DNA from: an uncultured Bacteroidota bacterium
GTDB lineage: Bacteria > Bacteroidota > Ignavibacteria > UBA10030 > UBA6906
Direction of reading: 5' to 3'
NCBI GenBank assembly: GCA_963700635.1
Contig: CAVOYH010000001.1
Coordinates: forward strand, 160,001 to 224,000
DNA: 64,000 nt
Shown here: piece by piece, positions 1-10,116 of the stretch
How the letters are laid out: each line of letters starts with the position of its first letter
Position numbering within the stretch: the first letter of the stretch is position 1
Notes under the pieces: generated by a model
The model's database searches: none
Seen by the model: only the letters and a program-made list of their open reading frames with translations
What the model was told of the DNA's origin: nothing
Made by a program: the position numbers and the translations under genes

Positions 1-2
1 TG

Positions 3-2756
3 GCCGCGACTCTCTTCGTCATAGCTGGCCTGACATTCTATACGATGGCCAGCATTCCGACGGACGAGAACCTCTTTACCGGGGCACCATCTCCGGCCCT
101 CATCACACGGACCATTCCGGCCCATCAGGAAGGACCCGGACGCTCTCGCGCCGGGCTGCGCAAAGACCCCACCCTGATGGTCGTGACCGACTCCCTTCTC
201 AGGGGGGATTTGCTCGTTGCCCTTGGAGATGATCCGGTCAGGTCATTCAAAAACCTCCCGATGCTCTTCTCCGGCTTCACCACTGATACTCTTCAAGTGA
301 GAATATACCGTCCGGACCGTGACGCGTTTTACACGTATTCGGTGGGCCGGGACATTCTGGACCCTACCCTTTACCGGGAAATGGCATCCGCAGTGGTCGT
401 CGTAGATGTGAGTGCCGGTGGTGCCTCTGATCGGGCCGGTATGAGAGTTGGTGACTTTATCGTCCGGATCAACGGCAAGAGTTTTGGCAACGCACAGGAA
501 GCCGACGCAATATTGCGCAGGGGAGAGAGCGGTGTCGCGACAGTCTACGATATTGTGCGAGATGGTAAACCCCTCTCACTTTCGGTCACACTTGCACGGT
601 TCGGATTCCCGCTTGCACTTCTCGTGTTCTGGTTGACCGGGCTGTGTTATCTGGCCTTCGGATCTTTTTTGCTGTACCAGCGGCCGGGACTTGCCCAGGC
701 GCGCTCACTCGGGCTTTCGTTCCTGCTCATGGGGTTTGTGATAGCTGTCGTGGCGATCACCCGGGAACCGGATCCGACATGGTTCACCCGTACCCGTGAC
801 GTGCTTATCACCCTTGCGGCATTCCTCGGGACCGGATTCGGTTTTCATGCCCAGGGAATCTTTCCCGTGGAACGGAGAAGGTCCGTCTATCGCCGCTGGG
901 GACTCCCACTGATGTACGCGGCCAGTGTCCTCTCCCCACTGCTTCTGCTTTCCGATGCAGTAGGTATCAGGTGGGTGGCGCTGATGGGATTTGTTATTGC
1001 GGGGTTTATCGCGAATATACTCGGGTTAACAAAACTTCCTCCGCAATTCAAGAAAATTGTCCGACCGATCCGACTTGTCACTGTGCTCGTCATGGTCCTT
1101 GCAGTCATTATGATAGTCGGGCTTGCGGTGATGGGTGGAGGTAATGCGTTTGGCTTTGTAGGAATGTTGCTCCTTTTTATCCCGCTGAGTTATGTGTATA
1201 TCCTCGGACGTTATCGACTGTTGGGATTGGATTTCCGGGTGCGGCGAAACGTGCAGTACACACTCCTGAGCTGGGGATGGGGGATCCTTATGGCAGTGCT
1301 TTTTATCCGCCTGCTCTTATGGATTCCCGGGTTGCCGGTGCAGGTTCCCGGGATCACCCTGTCCGGACTTTCAGTCGAGATCGATCCGTTGCCGACGTCA
1401 CCCGAGCAGCAGGTTTTCATGGAACGACTTGTGGTTATTTTCCTCGCTGCAGGGACCTGGTACCTCCTCTGGCGGGTGCGCAAAGCGGGTCAACAATTTA
1501 TTGATCGTAAGTACTACCGGACACAATTTGATTATCGCCGTGCAGCATCGTCTCTTTCTGCAATGCTTTCGACACGTCTGTCGATGGACGAAACGGCGCG
1601 GGGGATCGTGGATACGCTCGTCGATGTCCTGAGTCTGAAGAGCGCCGGATTGCTGGTTTTCCGTAATGGTGAAGAATGTTGTTGTGAAGCCGCTGCCGGA
1701 CTGACCGGGGAACAGTGGAAGGATATCGTATGCGTTGCTGACCGGATGTTCGCTTCTGAAATGATCTCTCATAGCGATCCGGTGCGGGTGGAGCTCCTGT
1801 CAGCGGACATCCGCACGCTCCTTTCCGCGCACCAGTTCCAATGTGTTGTCCCCATACGATCCAAAGAACAATTACGGGGGGCGCTGCTGGTGGGAGAGAA
1901 ACTGTCCGAAACACCCCTCGGGGCCGAAGATCTCTCGTTTCTCGCCGGCGTGGCCAAACAGCTGTCCGTGTCGATCGAAAATGCATTCCTCTACGAAGAG
2001 CTTGCAGGGAAAGAACGCATGCGGCATGAACTGAATATCGCGCGTCGAATCCAATTGAGCTCATTGCCCTCAGTCACACCCCGGATTCCGGGCCTTGATA
2101 TCTCCGGTATGTCTTCGCCGGCGCTCGAAGTGGGTGGAGATTTTTTTGATTACCTCAACGGGGACGCCAAAGGTCTGATGGTCATCGTGGGGGACGTGAG
2201 CGGGAAGGGGACCTCCGCCGCGCTGTATATGTCCAAAGTCCAGGGTATTCTCCGCTCGCTGCACGGGTTCGGACTTCCGCCGCGCGAGCTGTTTATCCGC
2301 GCTAACAGGCTGCTGTGCCAGGATCTGGAAAGAAGTTCGTTTGTGACCGCTCTCGGGGGCCATTATGTTCCGGGCACCCACGAACTTACGCTCGTTCGTG
2401 CCGGCCATGTTCCGCTCTTTCATTATCATGCACAGTCCGCAATCGTTGAGCGTGTTCTCCCGCGGGGACTCGGCCTGGGGCTTGACAATGTCGGTGTGTT
2501 CGCCCGGGAGATCGAAGAGCGGGTGGTGGGCTTTGCGAATGGTGATGTGATGGTGTTTATCACGGACGGCGTGCTTGAAGCCAGAAACGCCGCCGGAGAG
2601 GAATTCGGCGAAGAACGTGTCGAGGCTCTTCTGTGTGAGGCCGCCGGACTTGATGCGGTCGGGATCCGGGATACCGTCGTCAGGGAGATCCAGAGCTTCG
2701 GCAAGGGGATGGACCAGCATGATGACCAGACGGTCGTGGTGGTGAAAGCCCTCTGA
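3..2756 (+). CDS. Membrane sensor Ser/Thr phosphatase: PDZ + multi-TM + GAF + SpoIIE/PP2C (RsbU-like); probably 5'-truncated by the window edge
   Basis: Frame is open from base 3 (AATLFVIAGLTFYTMAS...). PDZ motif (GGASDRAGMRVGDFIVRING), about 8-9 hydrophobic helices, GAF-like segment (VVPIRSKEQLRGALLVG...IENA), PP2C motifs VGGDFFD, GDVSGKG, ITDGVLEA, DDQT. Confidence 0.88.
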   Translation, partial: AATLFVIAGLTFYTMASIPTDENLFTGAPSPALITRTIPAHQEGPGRSRAGLRKDPTLMVVTDSLLRGDLLVALGDDPVRSFKNLPMLFSGFTTDTLQVRIYRPDRDAFYTYSVGRDILDPTLYREMASAVVVVDVSAGGASDRAGMRVGDFIVRINGKSFGNAQEADAILRRGESGVATVYDIVRDGKPLSLSVTLARFGFPLALLVFWLTGLCYLAFGSFLLYQRPGLAQARSLGLSFLLMGFVIAVVAITREPDPTWFTRTRDVLITLAAFLGTGFGFHAQGIFPVERRRSVYRRWGLPLMYAASVLSPLLLLSDAVGIRWVALMGFVIAGFIANILGLTKLPPQFKKIVRPIRLVTVLVMVLAVIMIVGLAVMGGGNAFGFVGMLLLFIPLSYVYILGRYRLLGLDFRVRRNVQYTLLSWGWGILMAVLFIRLLLWIPGLPVQVPGITLSGLSVEIDPLPTSPEQQVFMERLVVIFLAAGTWYLLWRVRKAGQQFIDRKYYRTQFDYRRAASSLSAMLSTRLSMDETARGIVDTLVDVLSLKSAGLLVFRNGEECCCEAAAGLTGEQWKDIVCVADRMFASEMISHSDPVRVELLSADIRTLLSAHQFQCVVPIRSKEQLRGALLVGEKLSETPLGAEDLSFLAGVAKQLSVSIENAFLYEELAGKERMRHELNIARRIQLSSLPSVTPRIPGLDISGMSSPALEVGGDFFDYLNGDAKGLMVIVGDVSGKGTSAALYMSKVQGILRSLHGFGLPPRELFIRANRLLCQDLERSSFVTALGGHYVPGTHELTLVRAGHVPLFHYHAQSAIVERVLPRGLGLGLDNVGVFAREIEERVVGFANGDVMVFITDGVLEARNAAGEEFGEERVEALLCEAAGLDAVGIRDTVVREIQSFGKGMDQHDDQTVVVVKAL

Positions 2757-2811
2757 TGTCTTCTCTTGTATCAACTGTGTATACTTCTGCAGACCGGGCA
2801 TCCGGTCCCTT

Positions 2812-3975
2812 ATGAAAGTCAACCGCGTGATTCTCTTCTTTGGTATCGTTTTTGCCATCTACTTTGCGGTCAACGCCTATGTGGTATACCGGGGAGCCCA
2901 CTGCTTCCCAGCAGGTTCGACCGCACGGAGCATGATCATCTGGACCGGTGTATTCTTTTCTCTGGCGTTTATTGCCGGCAGGTTTCTTGAACGTGTCTGG
3001 CTTTCGCACGTCAGTGACGTCCTTGTATGGTTTGGGGCGTTCTGGTTCGGGGCACTCCTCTACCTTTTCCTTACGGTGCTGCTCATCGATCTGGTGAGAC
3101 TGGTCCACGCTGTGGTCCCATTTCTACCGGATATGCTTACGGCTCGTCCCGACAGAACTGCGCGTACACTTTTTTGGGGGGTCACCGGACTCGTTGCCGT
3201 GGTCATTCTTGTCGGGCATGTGAATGCGCGCATTCCACAAGTGCTTCACCTCACGCTCCCGGTTAATAAACCCGTTTCAGGAATACAATCTCTCCGGATT
3301 GTGATGGCATCCGATATTCATCTCGGCACGATCGTGGGCAGAAAGCGGCTCGAATCAATAGCGGGGACCATCAAAAGTCTACAGCCGGATCTTCTCCTTT
3401 TTCCGGGCGACCTGGTCGATGAGGATCTCGGTCCCGTCATCAAGGAGAATATCGGGGAAACGTTGCGCGGGATGACGGCCCGGTTCGGGGTGTTTGGCAT
3501 CACCGGGAACCATGAGTATATCGGGGGTGCGGAAGAAGCAGTGGCCTACCTGGAGGAACACGGAGTACAAATGCTCCGGGACACCAGCGTCGTTCTCGCC
3601 GGCGGCATCACGCTCATCGGGCGTGAAGATCGGAGCCGGATACAGTTTTCCGGAAAACGGAGAACATCACTCGAGCAACTGTTGCGTCATGTAGACCCTG
3701 CACGTCCTGTCATCGTGATGGATCATCAGCCGTTTGATCTTGATTCGGTAGCCCGCGCGGGGGTAGACCTGCAGATTTCAGGGCACACGCATGATGGCCA
3801 GCTCTGGCCCCTGAATTACATCACGCGGCTCGTGTACGAGAAGAGTTGGGGATATCTGCGGAAAGGGAACACCCACGTGTACGTTTCAAGCGGGGTCGGG
3901 ACGTGGGGACCGCCGGTGCGGCTTGGGAACAGACCGGAGATCGTCGTGCTCACGCTGACCTTCACGGATCACTAA
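2812..3975 (+). CDS. Membrane-anchored metallophosphoesterase (YkuE/YaeI-like)
   Basis: N-terminal TM helices, then calcineurin-like motifs SDIHLG, GDLVD, GNHE, HQP, SGHTHDGQ. Confidence 0.9.
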   Translation: MKVNRVILFFGIVFAIYFAVNAYVVYRGAHCFPAGSTARSMIIWTGVFFSLAFIAGRFLERVWLSHVSDVLVWFGAFWFGALLYLFLTVLLIDLVRLVHAVVPFLPDMLTARPDRTARTLFWGVTGLVAVVILVGHVNARIPQVLHLTLPVNKPVSGIQSLRIVMASDIHLGTIVGRKRLESIAGTIKSLQPDLLLFPGDLVDEDLGPVIKENIGETLRGMTARFGVFGITGNHEYIGGAEEAVAYLEEHGVQMLRDTSVVLAGGITLIGREDRSRIQFSGKRRTSLEQLLRHVDPARPVIVMDHQPFDLDSVARAGVDLQISGHTHDGQLWPLNYITRLVYEKSWGYLRKGNTHVYVSSGVGTWGPPVRLGNRPEIVVLTLTFTDH

Positions 3976-3997
3976 GACGGTGGGAGAAGGATCCGGT

Positions 3998-4393
3998 TCA
4001 GCAACCGCGGACGTGGGTGGTTGAACCCGGCACTTCAGAGCCGATCTCAACGACACGGTTCTTGCTATCCACGAAGACCACCGTGGGACGGAAATCCGGC
4101 ACCTGGGACTCGGGTACATTGGCAAAGGCGGCGACGATGATAATATCGCCGGGTCCCGCAAGATGGGCAGCCGCTCCATTCACGCACACCTCTCCGGACT
4201 CAGTTTCCCCCAGTATGGCATAGGTTTCGAAGCGTGTTCCGCGGGTGACATTCCAGATATGCACGGCCTCATACTCAGCGATACCTGAATGGAGAAGGAG
4301 GTCCTCCGGTATGGTGAGGCTGCCCTCGTAATGCAGATTTGCTTCTGTGACCGTGGCGCGGTGGATTTTGGCGCGTAACATACGCCGGGTCAT
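3998..4393 (-). CDS. panD: Aspartate 1-decarboxylase
   Basis: [20 protein letters not shown]|SLTI pyruvoyl self-cleavage site, RFETY, NGAAA. Start chosen at ATG 4393. Confidence 0.97.
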   Translation of the reverse strand: MTRRMLRAKIHRATVTEANLHYEGSLTIPEDLLLHSGIAEYEAVHIWNVTRGTRFETYAILGETESGEVCVNGAAAHLAGPGDIIIVAAFANVPESQVPDFRPTVVFVDSKNRVVEIGSEVPGSTTHVRGC

Positions 4394-4454
4394 TTCATGT
4401 TGTGTTCTCACGTCTTCTGCGGCCTAAAAAAAGTGGACAGTGTGGGAAATGTGC

Positions 4455-4856
4455 TTAGTTTGCCATGGCGCGGAGGACGAACCGGGGTACGACCGCGTAG
4501 AATAATTCGCCGCTCGGGCGTCGCATCAGGTACGTTCCTTCCATCGTCCCGTCAAATGTATCGAGCACGCAATAACTGTTGTATTCGTGCGCACTCCCCG
4601 GGAGGATGATCGGTTGTTGGCCTACCACACCTTCCCCCTCTACTTCACGAAGGGTCTCGAAAGCGTTCCGGATAAACCAGTGCCTCCGGAGGAGCTGCAC
4701 CGGAAGGACTCCGTTGTTTTCAATGCGGATGAAGTATGCGAACACAAATTTCTTGCCGATCACTTCCGACTGTCCGTCCAGATAGATCGGACGGACGGTA
4801 ATCGTGATGTTCTCGGTGGTGGATTCGAATGGTTGCATGGAAAACAGGGGTTCCAT
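4455..4856 (-). CDS. apaG: ApaG family protein
   Basis: FAYFIRIEN, VQLLRRHWFI, EVEGEGVVGQQP, GTMEGTY. Alternative start at 4838. Confidence 0.95.
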   Translation of the reverse strand: MEPLFSMQPFESTTENITITVRPIYLDGQSEVIGKKFVFAYFIRIENNGVLPVQLLRRHWFIRNAFETLREVEGEGVVGQQPIILPGSAHEYNSYCVLDTFDGTMEGTYLMRRPSGELFYAVVPRFVLRAMAN

Positions 4857-4874
4857 AACGGTGTCCGCTGATTG

Positions 4875-5093
4875 TCAGAGCCGAATATCAATGACCGGTG
4901 GAGGAAAGCTTGCCACCGTGTGAGCGAAACGATTGTATGTTGCCGTCGTCCGGTGTTGCGCAGTGCTGAGCAGGTGATGGTCGCCCCTGTGCACTTCGTC
5001 AACGATGGTAACCGTGAACACCTTCATCACCCTGGTTGGGGCAAGGGAAGCGTTCTGGTGCCAACTGTTTCCCGGCGCGGAAATCTGGCGCAT
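4875..5093 (-). CDS. Small hypothetical protein (72 aa), probable paralog of 44570..44800
   Basis: RBS AAAGGA 10 nt before ATG 5093, upstream sigma70-like promoter, co-oriented with apaG-panD, aligns with ORF 44570..44800. Confidence 0.6.
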   Translation of the reverse strand: MRQISAPGNSWHQNASLAPTRVMKVFTVTIVDEVHRGDHHLLSTAQHRTTATYNRFAHTVASFPPPVIDIRL

Positions 5094-5149
5094 GAGTGAT
5101 GTTCCTTTAACAGCAGTCTGCCCTGGAAGGTTCGTTGGAGTCTGACAAA

Positions 5150-5178
5150 AAGATACGACTCCGGTCCCCGAAATACAA
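5150..5178 (-). promoter_or_regulatory. sigma70-type promoter for small ORF-apaG-panD
   Basis: Minus strand TTGTAT-N17-TATCTT. The -10 sits inside a GGAGTC...GACTCC inverted repeat (5137-5162). Confidence 0.55.
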
Positions 5179-5343
5179 GCTGTTCTCTTCCGAAGAAGCC
5201 TCTCTGTGCGCCCGCGCACATCCGCCGGCCGGGACATCAGTCACACCTCCCGGTGTGACCGCGCGCACGGCGGTGAACCGACCGGCGTAAAGAAACTCTA
5301 TTCGGACGTCTTCCCCCGGTCCCGAATCCCCGGTTTGTCCTTC

Positions 5344-6672
5344 CTAGCGCATCACCGGTGATGTTTCAACCGTCATTTTACCCTCGCGCAGAACCTGCTG
5401 AATCTTAAAGAACCCCAGTTTGCGCGCACGGAGGAACCCCGACCAGGCCAGACCCGCGAACACGCCATCGGCGAGTTTGTCGAATAACCACTGCTCCGTG
5501 TACTCGGGCTTTTCCTGCTTCATGCCTGCCTGAATCTCCAGGAGCCACTTCCGGTTGAATTTTTCCTGAGAGCCAATCGCCGGTGTCATGATAATGGGGA
5601 GGCCGAGACCCGCATAAAAGGAAAGTTCGCTCGGCTTGGTCCAGAGAATATCTGTTTCGCGGAGCACCGCGGAAAAACGGGCAAAATATTCGTGAAGCGT
5701 TTGCGCATAGAGTACCTGGATATTGGAGGAGCCGGGATCTATCTCGGTCCGTACAGCCTCAAAGTAGTCGCGGACAGATGTTCTTGTACCGGCTACGAGC
5801 ATCAAGCGGATTTCGCCCGCCCGGATACGATGCTGGAGGCTTTTTGCGATGTGCCCTCCGATTTCCTTCTGGGCTCCGGCCCCGCCCACGGTGAACGTGA
5901 TGGTGAGTCTTTGGTGCGGCAGGGCCCGACAGTTGTCCGCTCCGAGGAAGAACTCCACATTTCTGTCGTGGAGAGGCCAGAAACGATTATGCGGGTCGAG
6001 AGTCTTCAACCGTCGCGCGAGATCCCCTTTGAGCGTTGTCAGCTCAGGCCCCCCGAGCAACTCTTCCGGCAAGGGAAATCCTGTCAGGAATATCCGCTCT
6101 TCCGGGACGCCGTACGCCTTTAATCGTTGTGCGGCTTTGCCGCACGGGGCAAAGTACACAATGCGGCTCTCCCACGGTTCCCGCGCAACCCAGATGCGGT
6201 TCAGATCAGCATCACAGACGATACAGTACACCCTGTGCGTCGATCGGCGATCGGCGGCGATAGCGGGCGCAAAGAAAGACGTCACGACCGGGAGGTGCTT
6301 GGAAACAATCGTGTCCAGCATCCCCCTGCAGAGCCCTTTTCGGACCAGCGAATCAAGCAACTCCACTTGAAGTGTCGTTCGGGAGAGATTGCGGATCGGA
6401 TAGAAGGATGGAATATGGAGAAGGCTGTCCAGAATGCTAAAAAGGAGTTTCCCTATGAAGGGGATACTGCGCGCCCGGGAGATACCCTCGTAGGCCGTGA
6501 GCATGCGCAACCAGAGCCGGCGTTCGGCCGTCGTGGCGGCGGTATCACGGCCGACCGTAATGATGCCTCCTTCGGCCAGGGTACGAAATGGATACACGGC
6601 CCGCTGATGGCCGTACCCCATGTCGGCGGCCACCACCCAGAGCTGTGACGGCGGAGTCAGTTCACGGGCCAT
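5344..6672 (-). CDS. GT-B fold glycosyltransferase-like protein (MGDG-synthase/UgtP-like, uncharacterised)
   Basis: N-terminal ADMGYGHQRA, TVGGAGAQ, DILWTKPSELSFY, GSQEKFN motifs resemble the GT28/UgtP G-G-H and TKPG...E motifs. Confidence 0.65.
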   Translation of the reverse strand: MARELTPPSQLWVVAADMGYGHQRAVYPFRTLAEGGIITVGRDTAATTAERRLWLRMLTAYEGISRARSIPFIGKLLFSILDSLLHIPSFYPIRNLSRTTLQVELLDSLVRKGLCRGMLDTIVSKHLPVVTSFFAPAIAADRRSTHRVYCIVCDADLNRIWVAREPWESRIVYFAPCGKAAQRLKAYGVPEERIFLTGFPLPEELLGGPELTTLKGDLARRLKTLDPHNRFWPLHDRNVEFFLGADNCRALPHQRLTITFTVGGAGAQKEIGGHIAKSLQHRIRAGEIRLMLVAGTRTSVRDYFEAVRTEIDPGSSNIQVLYAQTLHEYFARFSAVLRETDILWTKPSELSFYAGLGLPIIMTPAIGSQEKFNRKWLLEIQAGMKQEKPEYTEQWLFDKLADGVFAGLAWSGFLRARKLGFFKIQQVLREGKMTVETSPVMR

Positions 6673-6681
6673 GACCGTCAA

Positions 6682-8760
6682 TCATGGCTTCCCATCAAAT
6701 GCCTGATTACGCAAAAGAGTCGTCATCTGGTATGGCGCTGGATCTCCGCCGAGAAACCGGTGGAACCAGTCAAGATGGGCATTGTAATAGAACGGCATTG
6801 ATGTTACTCCGCCCGGCCAGTGGCCGTCATTCTTGAACACGATAAGGCGGGAGGGAATTCTGCGCCTCTGCAGATCGGTGAAAAATTCCAGACTCTGGGT
6901 GTATGGCACCCGATAGTCCCGTTCGCCGGTAATCACCAGGCAGGGAGTCTTAAATTCTTTTACAAATCGGTTCGGCGACCATGCCGTGTAGAGGTCCGAT
7001 TCCCAGGGTGTTCCACCGAGATCGTATTCGGGAAACCACAGCTCTTCGGTGCTTCCGTGCATTGCTTTCAGATTGTACACCCCCATCATTGCAGAAAGAG
7101 CCTTAAATCGATCGGTATGTCCTTCCATCCACATCATCATATATCCACCGTACGACCACCCCATGGCACCCATGCGGTCCGGGTCTACAAACGAGAGGCG
7201 GGCAAGGGAATCTGTTACTGCCATGATGTCCAGATACACTTTTCCCGCCCAGTCTCCGGATATCGCTGCCGTAAATTCCTGTCCGTAGCCCGTTGACCCG
7301 TGCGGATTCGGGAAGGCCACGATATATCCTGAACCAGGATAGACCTGCCAGTCCCCCCGGAACGCGTCTGCCCACTGTGATTGTGGTCCACCGTGAACAT
7401 TCAGGATGAGAGGATACTTCTTCCCGGGTGAAAAGTTGTGGGGTTTGACAAGGAACGTGTGGATTGTTTTCCCTGTGGGCGAAGGAATCCAGAGTTCCTC
7501 AACGGGTCGGATGTCCACCTCCTGTTCAACCGTCAGGTTGAAGGTTGTAAGCCGGCGTGGTTTCTTCCCGGCCGCATCGCTGTACCAGAGTTCCTGGGGT
7601 TCACCGACGGACCGCCGGACCAGGGCTATTCCTGATCCATCGGGTGAGACAGAGAAGCCATCAATGGTCTGAAGATCGAGCACCCTCACGATGACCCCTG
7701 TGCGGAGGTCAAGCCGGTAAAGAGGCACATGTCCCTGCACATCGGCGGTGAAAAGAAGGTGTTTGCTGTCAGGACTCCACTGTACGTCATTCACCCAGTA
7801 ATCAAACCCCTCCGTGACAATTCTTGTCAGTCCCGTTTTTCGATCGAACAATGACAACCGGAAACAGTCCGCTTCATACCCGGGGATGGCCTGCGTCCGG
7901 AAGGCAATGTACTTCCCGTCCGGGGAATACGCAGGGTCGCCATCGTACGCTGCATTGCCAACCGTAATATTTTGTGCCACGCCACCTCCGGCGGGAACGA
8001 TCCAGAGATCCTTGTTAGTCGTCTCCGCTTCATGTTGATCGTGATTTGAAACGTAGCAGAGCTCACGACCATCAGGCGAATAGGCGAACCCTGTTCCGCC
8101 CAGCGAAAAGGCCGGTGCATCATACTCGCCCGGCGTATTGTCGAGATACTGTTTGGATTCCAGATTGTAGGTCAGGGTATGTGTACGCTTCCCCCCCTTC
8201 CAGGAGGTCCAGTGACGATAGAGGAGACGGTCCGTCATGTATGCATGGAGGGGTCCCTGCTGGACAGAAGCAGCAACGGCCTTATTGCAGCTATCATCGA
8301 CTCCGCAATCCGGATATACGTCACTGGAGAAAGTAACATGTTTTCCGTCGGGGGCCCAGATCGGACTTCCGGCTCCGCTGGAAAAATTGGTGAGCTGCCG
8401 GGGCTCACCTCCCCGTGCGGGCAAAAGCCACACCTGAGAGTCCTGTGTTCTTGTGGAGAGAAAGAGAATCTCCGATCCGTCAGGCGACCAGCGGGGGTGC
8501 GTGTCTGAGGATTCGTTGTTGGTCATCCGCCGGAGATCCGAACCATCAACATTTATCAGATAGATCTCGCTGTTTGTGGTGCCTTTCTCAAGGTTGCTTT
8601 CTCGGACAACAAAGGCTATCTGTTTGCCGTCGGGTGAAAAATTCGGATCCTCCACCGCGCGCAGGCGATAGAGGTCGGCAATAGTGAAGGGCTTCTTCTG
8701 TGATTCAGCGGGAAGGAAACCCGTACCACAAAGTATCGCCAGAATGATCAGACGGTGCAT
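6682..8760 (-). CDS. Secreted S9 (prolyl oligopeptidase family, S9C-like) peptidase
   Basis: Signal peptide, PD40 (SPDG) propeller repeats, VHGGP, GWSYGG nucleophile, D-RV and GH catalytic motifs. RBS GAAGGAG before ATG 8760. Confidence 0.93.
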   Translation of the reverse strand: MHRLIILAILCGTGFLPAESQKKPFTIADLYRLRAVEDPNFSPDGKQIAFVVRESNLEKGTTNSEIYLINVDGSDLRRMTNNESSDTHPRWSPDGSEILFLSTRTQDSQVWLLPARGGEPRQLTNFSSGAGSPIWAPDGKHVTFSSDVYPDCGVDDSCNKAVAASVQQGPLHAYMTDRLLYRHWTSWKGGKRTHTLTYNLESKQYLDNTPGEYDAPAFSLGGTGFAYSPDGRELCYVSNHDQHEAETTNKDLWIVPAGGGVAQNITVGNAAYDGDPAYSPDGKYIAFRTQAIPGYEADCFRLSLFDRKTGLTRIVTEGFDYWVNDVQWSPDSKHLLFTADVQGHVPLYRLDLRTGVIVRVLDLQTIDGFSVSPDGSGIALVRRSVGEPQELWYSDAAGKKPRRLTTFNLTVEQEVDIRPVEELWIPSPTGKTIHTFLVKPHNFSPGKKYPLILNVHGGPQSQWADAFRGDWQVYPGSGYIVAFPNPHGSTGYGQEFTAAISGDWAGKVYLDIMAVTDSLARLSFVDPDRMGAMGWSYGGYMMMWMEGHTDRFKALSAMMGVYNLKAMHGSTEELWFPEYDLGGTPWESDLYTAWSPNRFVKEFKTPCLVITGERDYRVPYTQSLEFFTDLQRRRIPSRLIVFKNDGHWPGGVTSMPFYYNAHLDWFHRFLGGDPAPYQMTTLLRNQAFDGKP

Positions 8761-8897
8761 GATACGCTCCTTCACGGAGTTCATAATCGTTTCCGGGCGG
8801 GGATAGAGGAGGAATCACCTCGTGCTGAACTTACGTAAGAGGGTGAACAATAGCAATTCCTTGAATATGATTGATTTCCTGCCGATATTCACCATAC

Positions 8898-10037
8898 ATG
8901 AACTCCATGCCGGCATCTATTCCGTTCCCCCGTGCCATTGTCGACTGTGCCGCCTTCCGCGGCAACCTCAAGGCAGTACGGGCATACGTTGGACCAAACG
9001 TTCGTATTATGGCGGTTATCAAGGCGAACGGGTACGGACATGGTATGATCCCCCTCGCTCGGGAGGCCGCGGCCTCCGGCATTGGTGATTTTGGGATTGC
9101 GCGTGTGCACGAGGGGATTGAACTCCGTGACGCGGGGTTCCATCAGCGCATTCTCGTTTTCGAAGCGGCACAGGCTGCCGATGTGCGTCGGGCAGTTGAA
9201 GCGGAACTCACATTGACCGCCATGACTCCTCAGTTGTTTGAGGAAATTGAATCTGCGGCGCAGGCGTGTGGAAAAAAAGCGGCTGTCCACGTCAAATGTG
9301 ATACCGGTATGGGGCGTCTGGGGCTCCCGCCCGATCAGGCGATTGCCCTTATGAAGAGAATCGCCCGTTCCCGATGGACTTCTCTGGAAGGTGTTTACAG
9401 TCACTTCGCGACAAGCGAATTGCCGGACAGGGCGTTTGCCGAGGGACAGTTGCAGCGGTTTCTGGAAGTCGTGGAGGCAGTACGCAAGGCCGGCGTGGAT
9501 GTCCCGCTACGACATATGGCCAACAGTGGTGCCATCATTGCCATGCCTGATGCTCACCTGGACATGGTGCGGCCAGGCATCATGCTCTACGGCTACCCCC
9601 CGCGCAGGGACATGCTGGAACTCCACCCGGTCCAGCCCGTTCTCTCGCTCGTGTCCCGCGTCGCATTTGTGAAGACTGTCGATGCAGGAACCTCCATTTC
9701 GTACGGCAGGAAGTACTTTGCGGATCGCCGTACCACCATCGTCACGGTGCCTCTGGGCTACGGCGACGGGTACTCAAGGCTGCTTACAGGGAAGTCTGAA
9801 GCACTTATCCGGGGGCGGCGATATCCCATCGTGGGCACGATCTGCATGGATCAACTCATGGTTGCGGTGACTCCGGATGACCTTGTGGAGGTCGGAGATG
9901 AGGTGACCCTCATCGGGCGGGGCGGAAATGAGACAATAACTGCATGGGATCTGGCCGAACGGATCGGGTCCATACCCTATGAAACAACCTGCGCTCTCAC
10001 TCCGCGCGTACCTCGCACCTATGAGGGTTGCACATAA
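8898..10037 (+). CDS. alr: Alanine racemase
   Basis: AVIKANGYGHG PLP lysine, KCDTGMGRLG, YSHFA, MVRPGI, GYGDG, ICMDQ. Confidence 0.97.
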   Translation: MNSMPASIPFPRAIVDCAAFRGNLKAVRAYVGPNVRIMAVIKANGYGHGMIPLAREAAASGIGDFGIARVHEGIELRDAGFHQRILVFEAAQAADVRRAVEAELTLTAMTPQLFEEIESAAQACGKKAAVHVKCDTGMGRLGLPPDQAIALMKRIARSRWTSLEGVYSHFATSELPDRAFAEGQLQRFLEVVEAVRKAGVDVPLRHMANSGAIIAMPDAHLDMVRPGIMLYGYPPRRDMLELHPVQPVLSLVSRVAFVKTVDAGTSISYGRKYFADRRTTIVTVPLGYGDGYSRLLTGKSEALIRGRRYPIVGTICMDQLMVAVTPDDLVEVGDEVTLIGRGGNETITAWDLAERIGSIPYETTCALTPRVPRTYEGCT

Positions 10038-10116
10038 GACAATCAAGTTGTACCTTATGCAATGTTGGCCATTGTGTTCTGTTACCCATGTGATATCATT
10101 AAAGGGAATATGTGCA

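Noticed and set aside
4875-5237. Longer 120-aa version of the small ORF
   Set aside because: The extension runs through the predicted promoter and hairpins. The RBS and paralog alignment both favour ATG 5093.
8862-8888. sigma28-like TGAA-N15-GCCGATAT upstream of alr
   Set aside because: Two mismatches, almost no room for a leader, and an unlikely target. Probably chance within a divergent promoter region.
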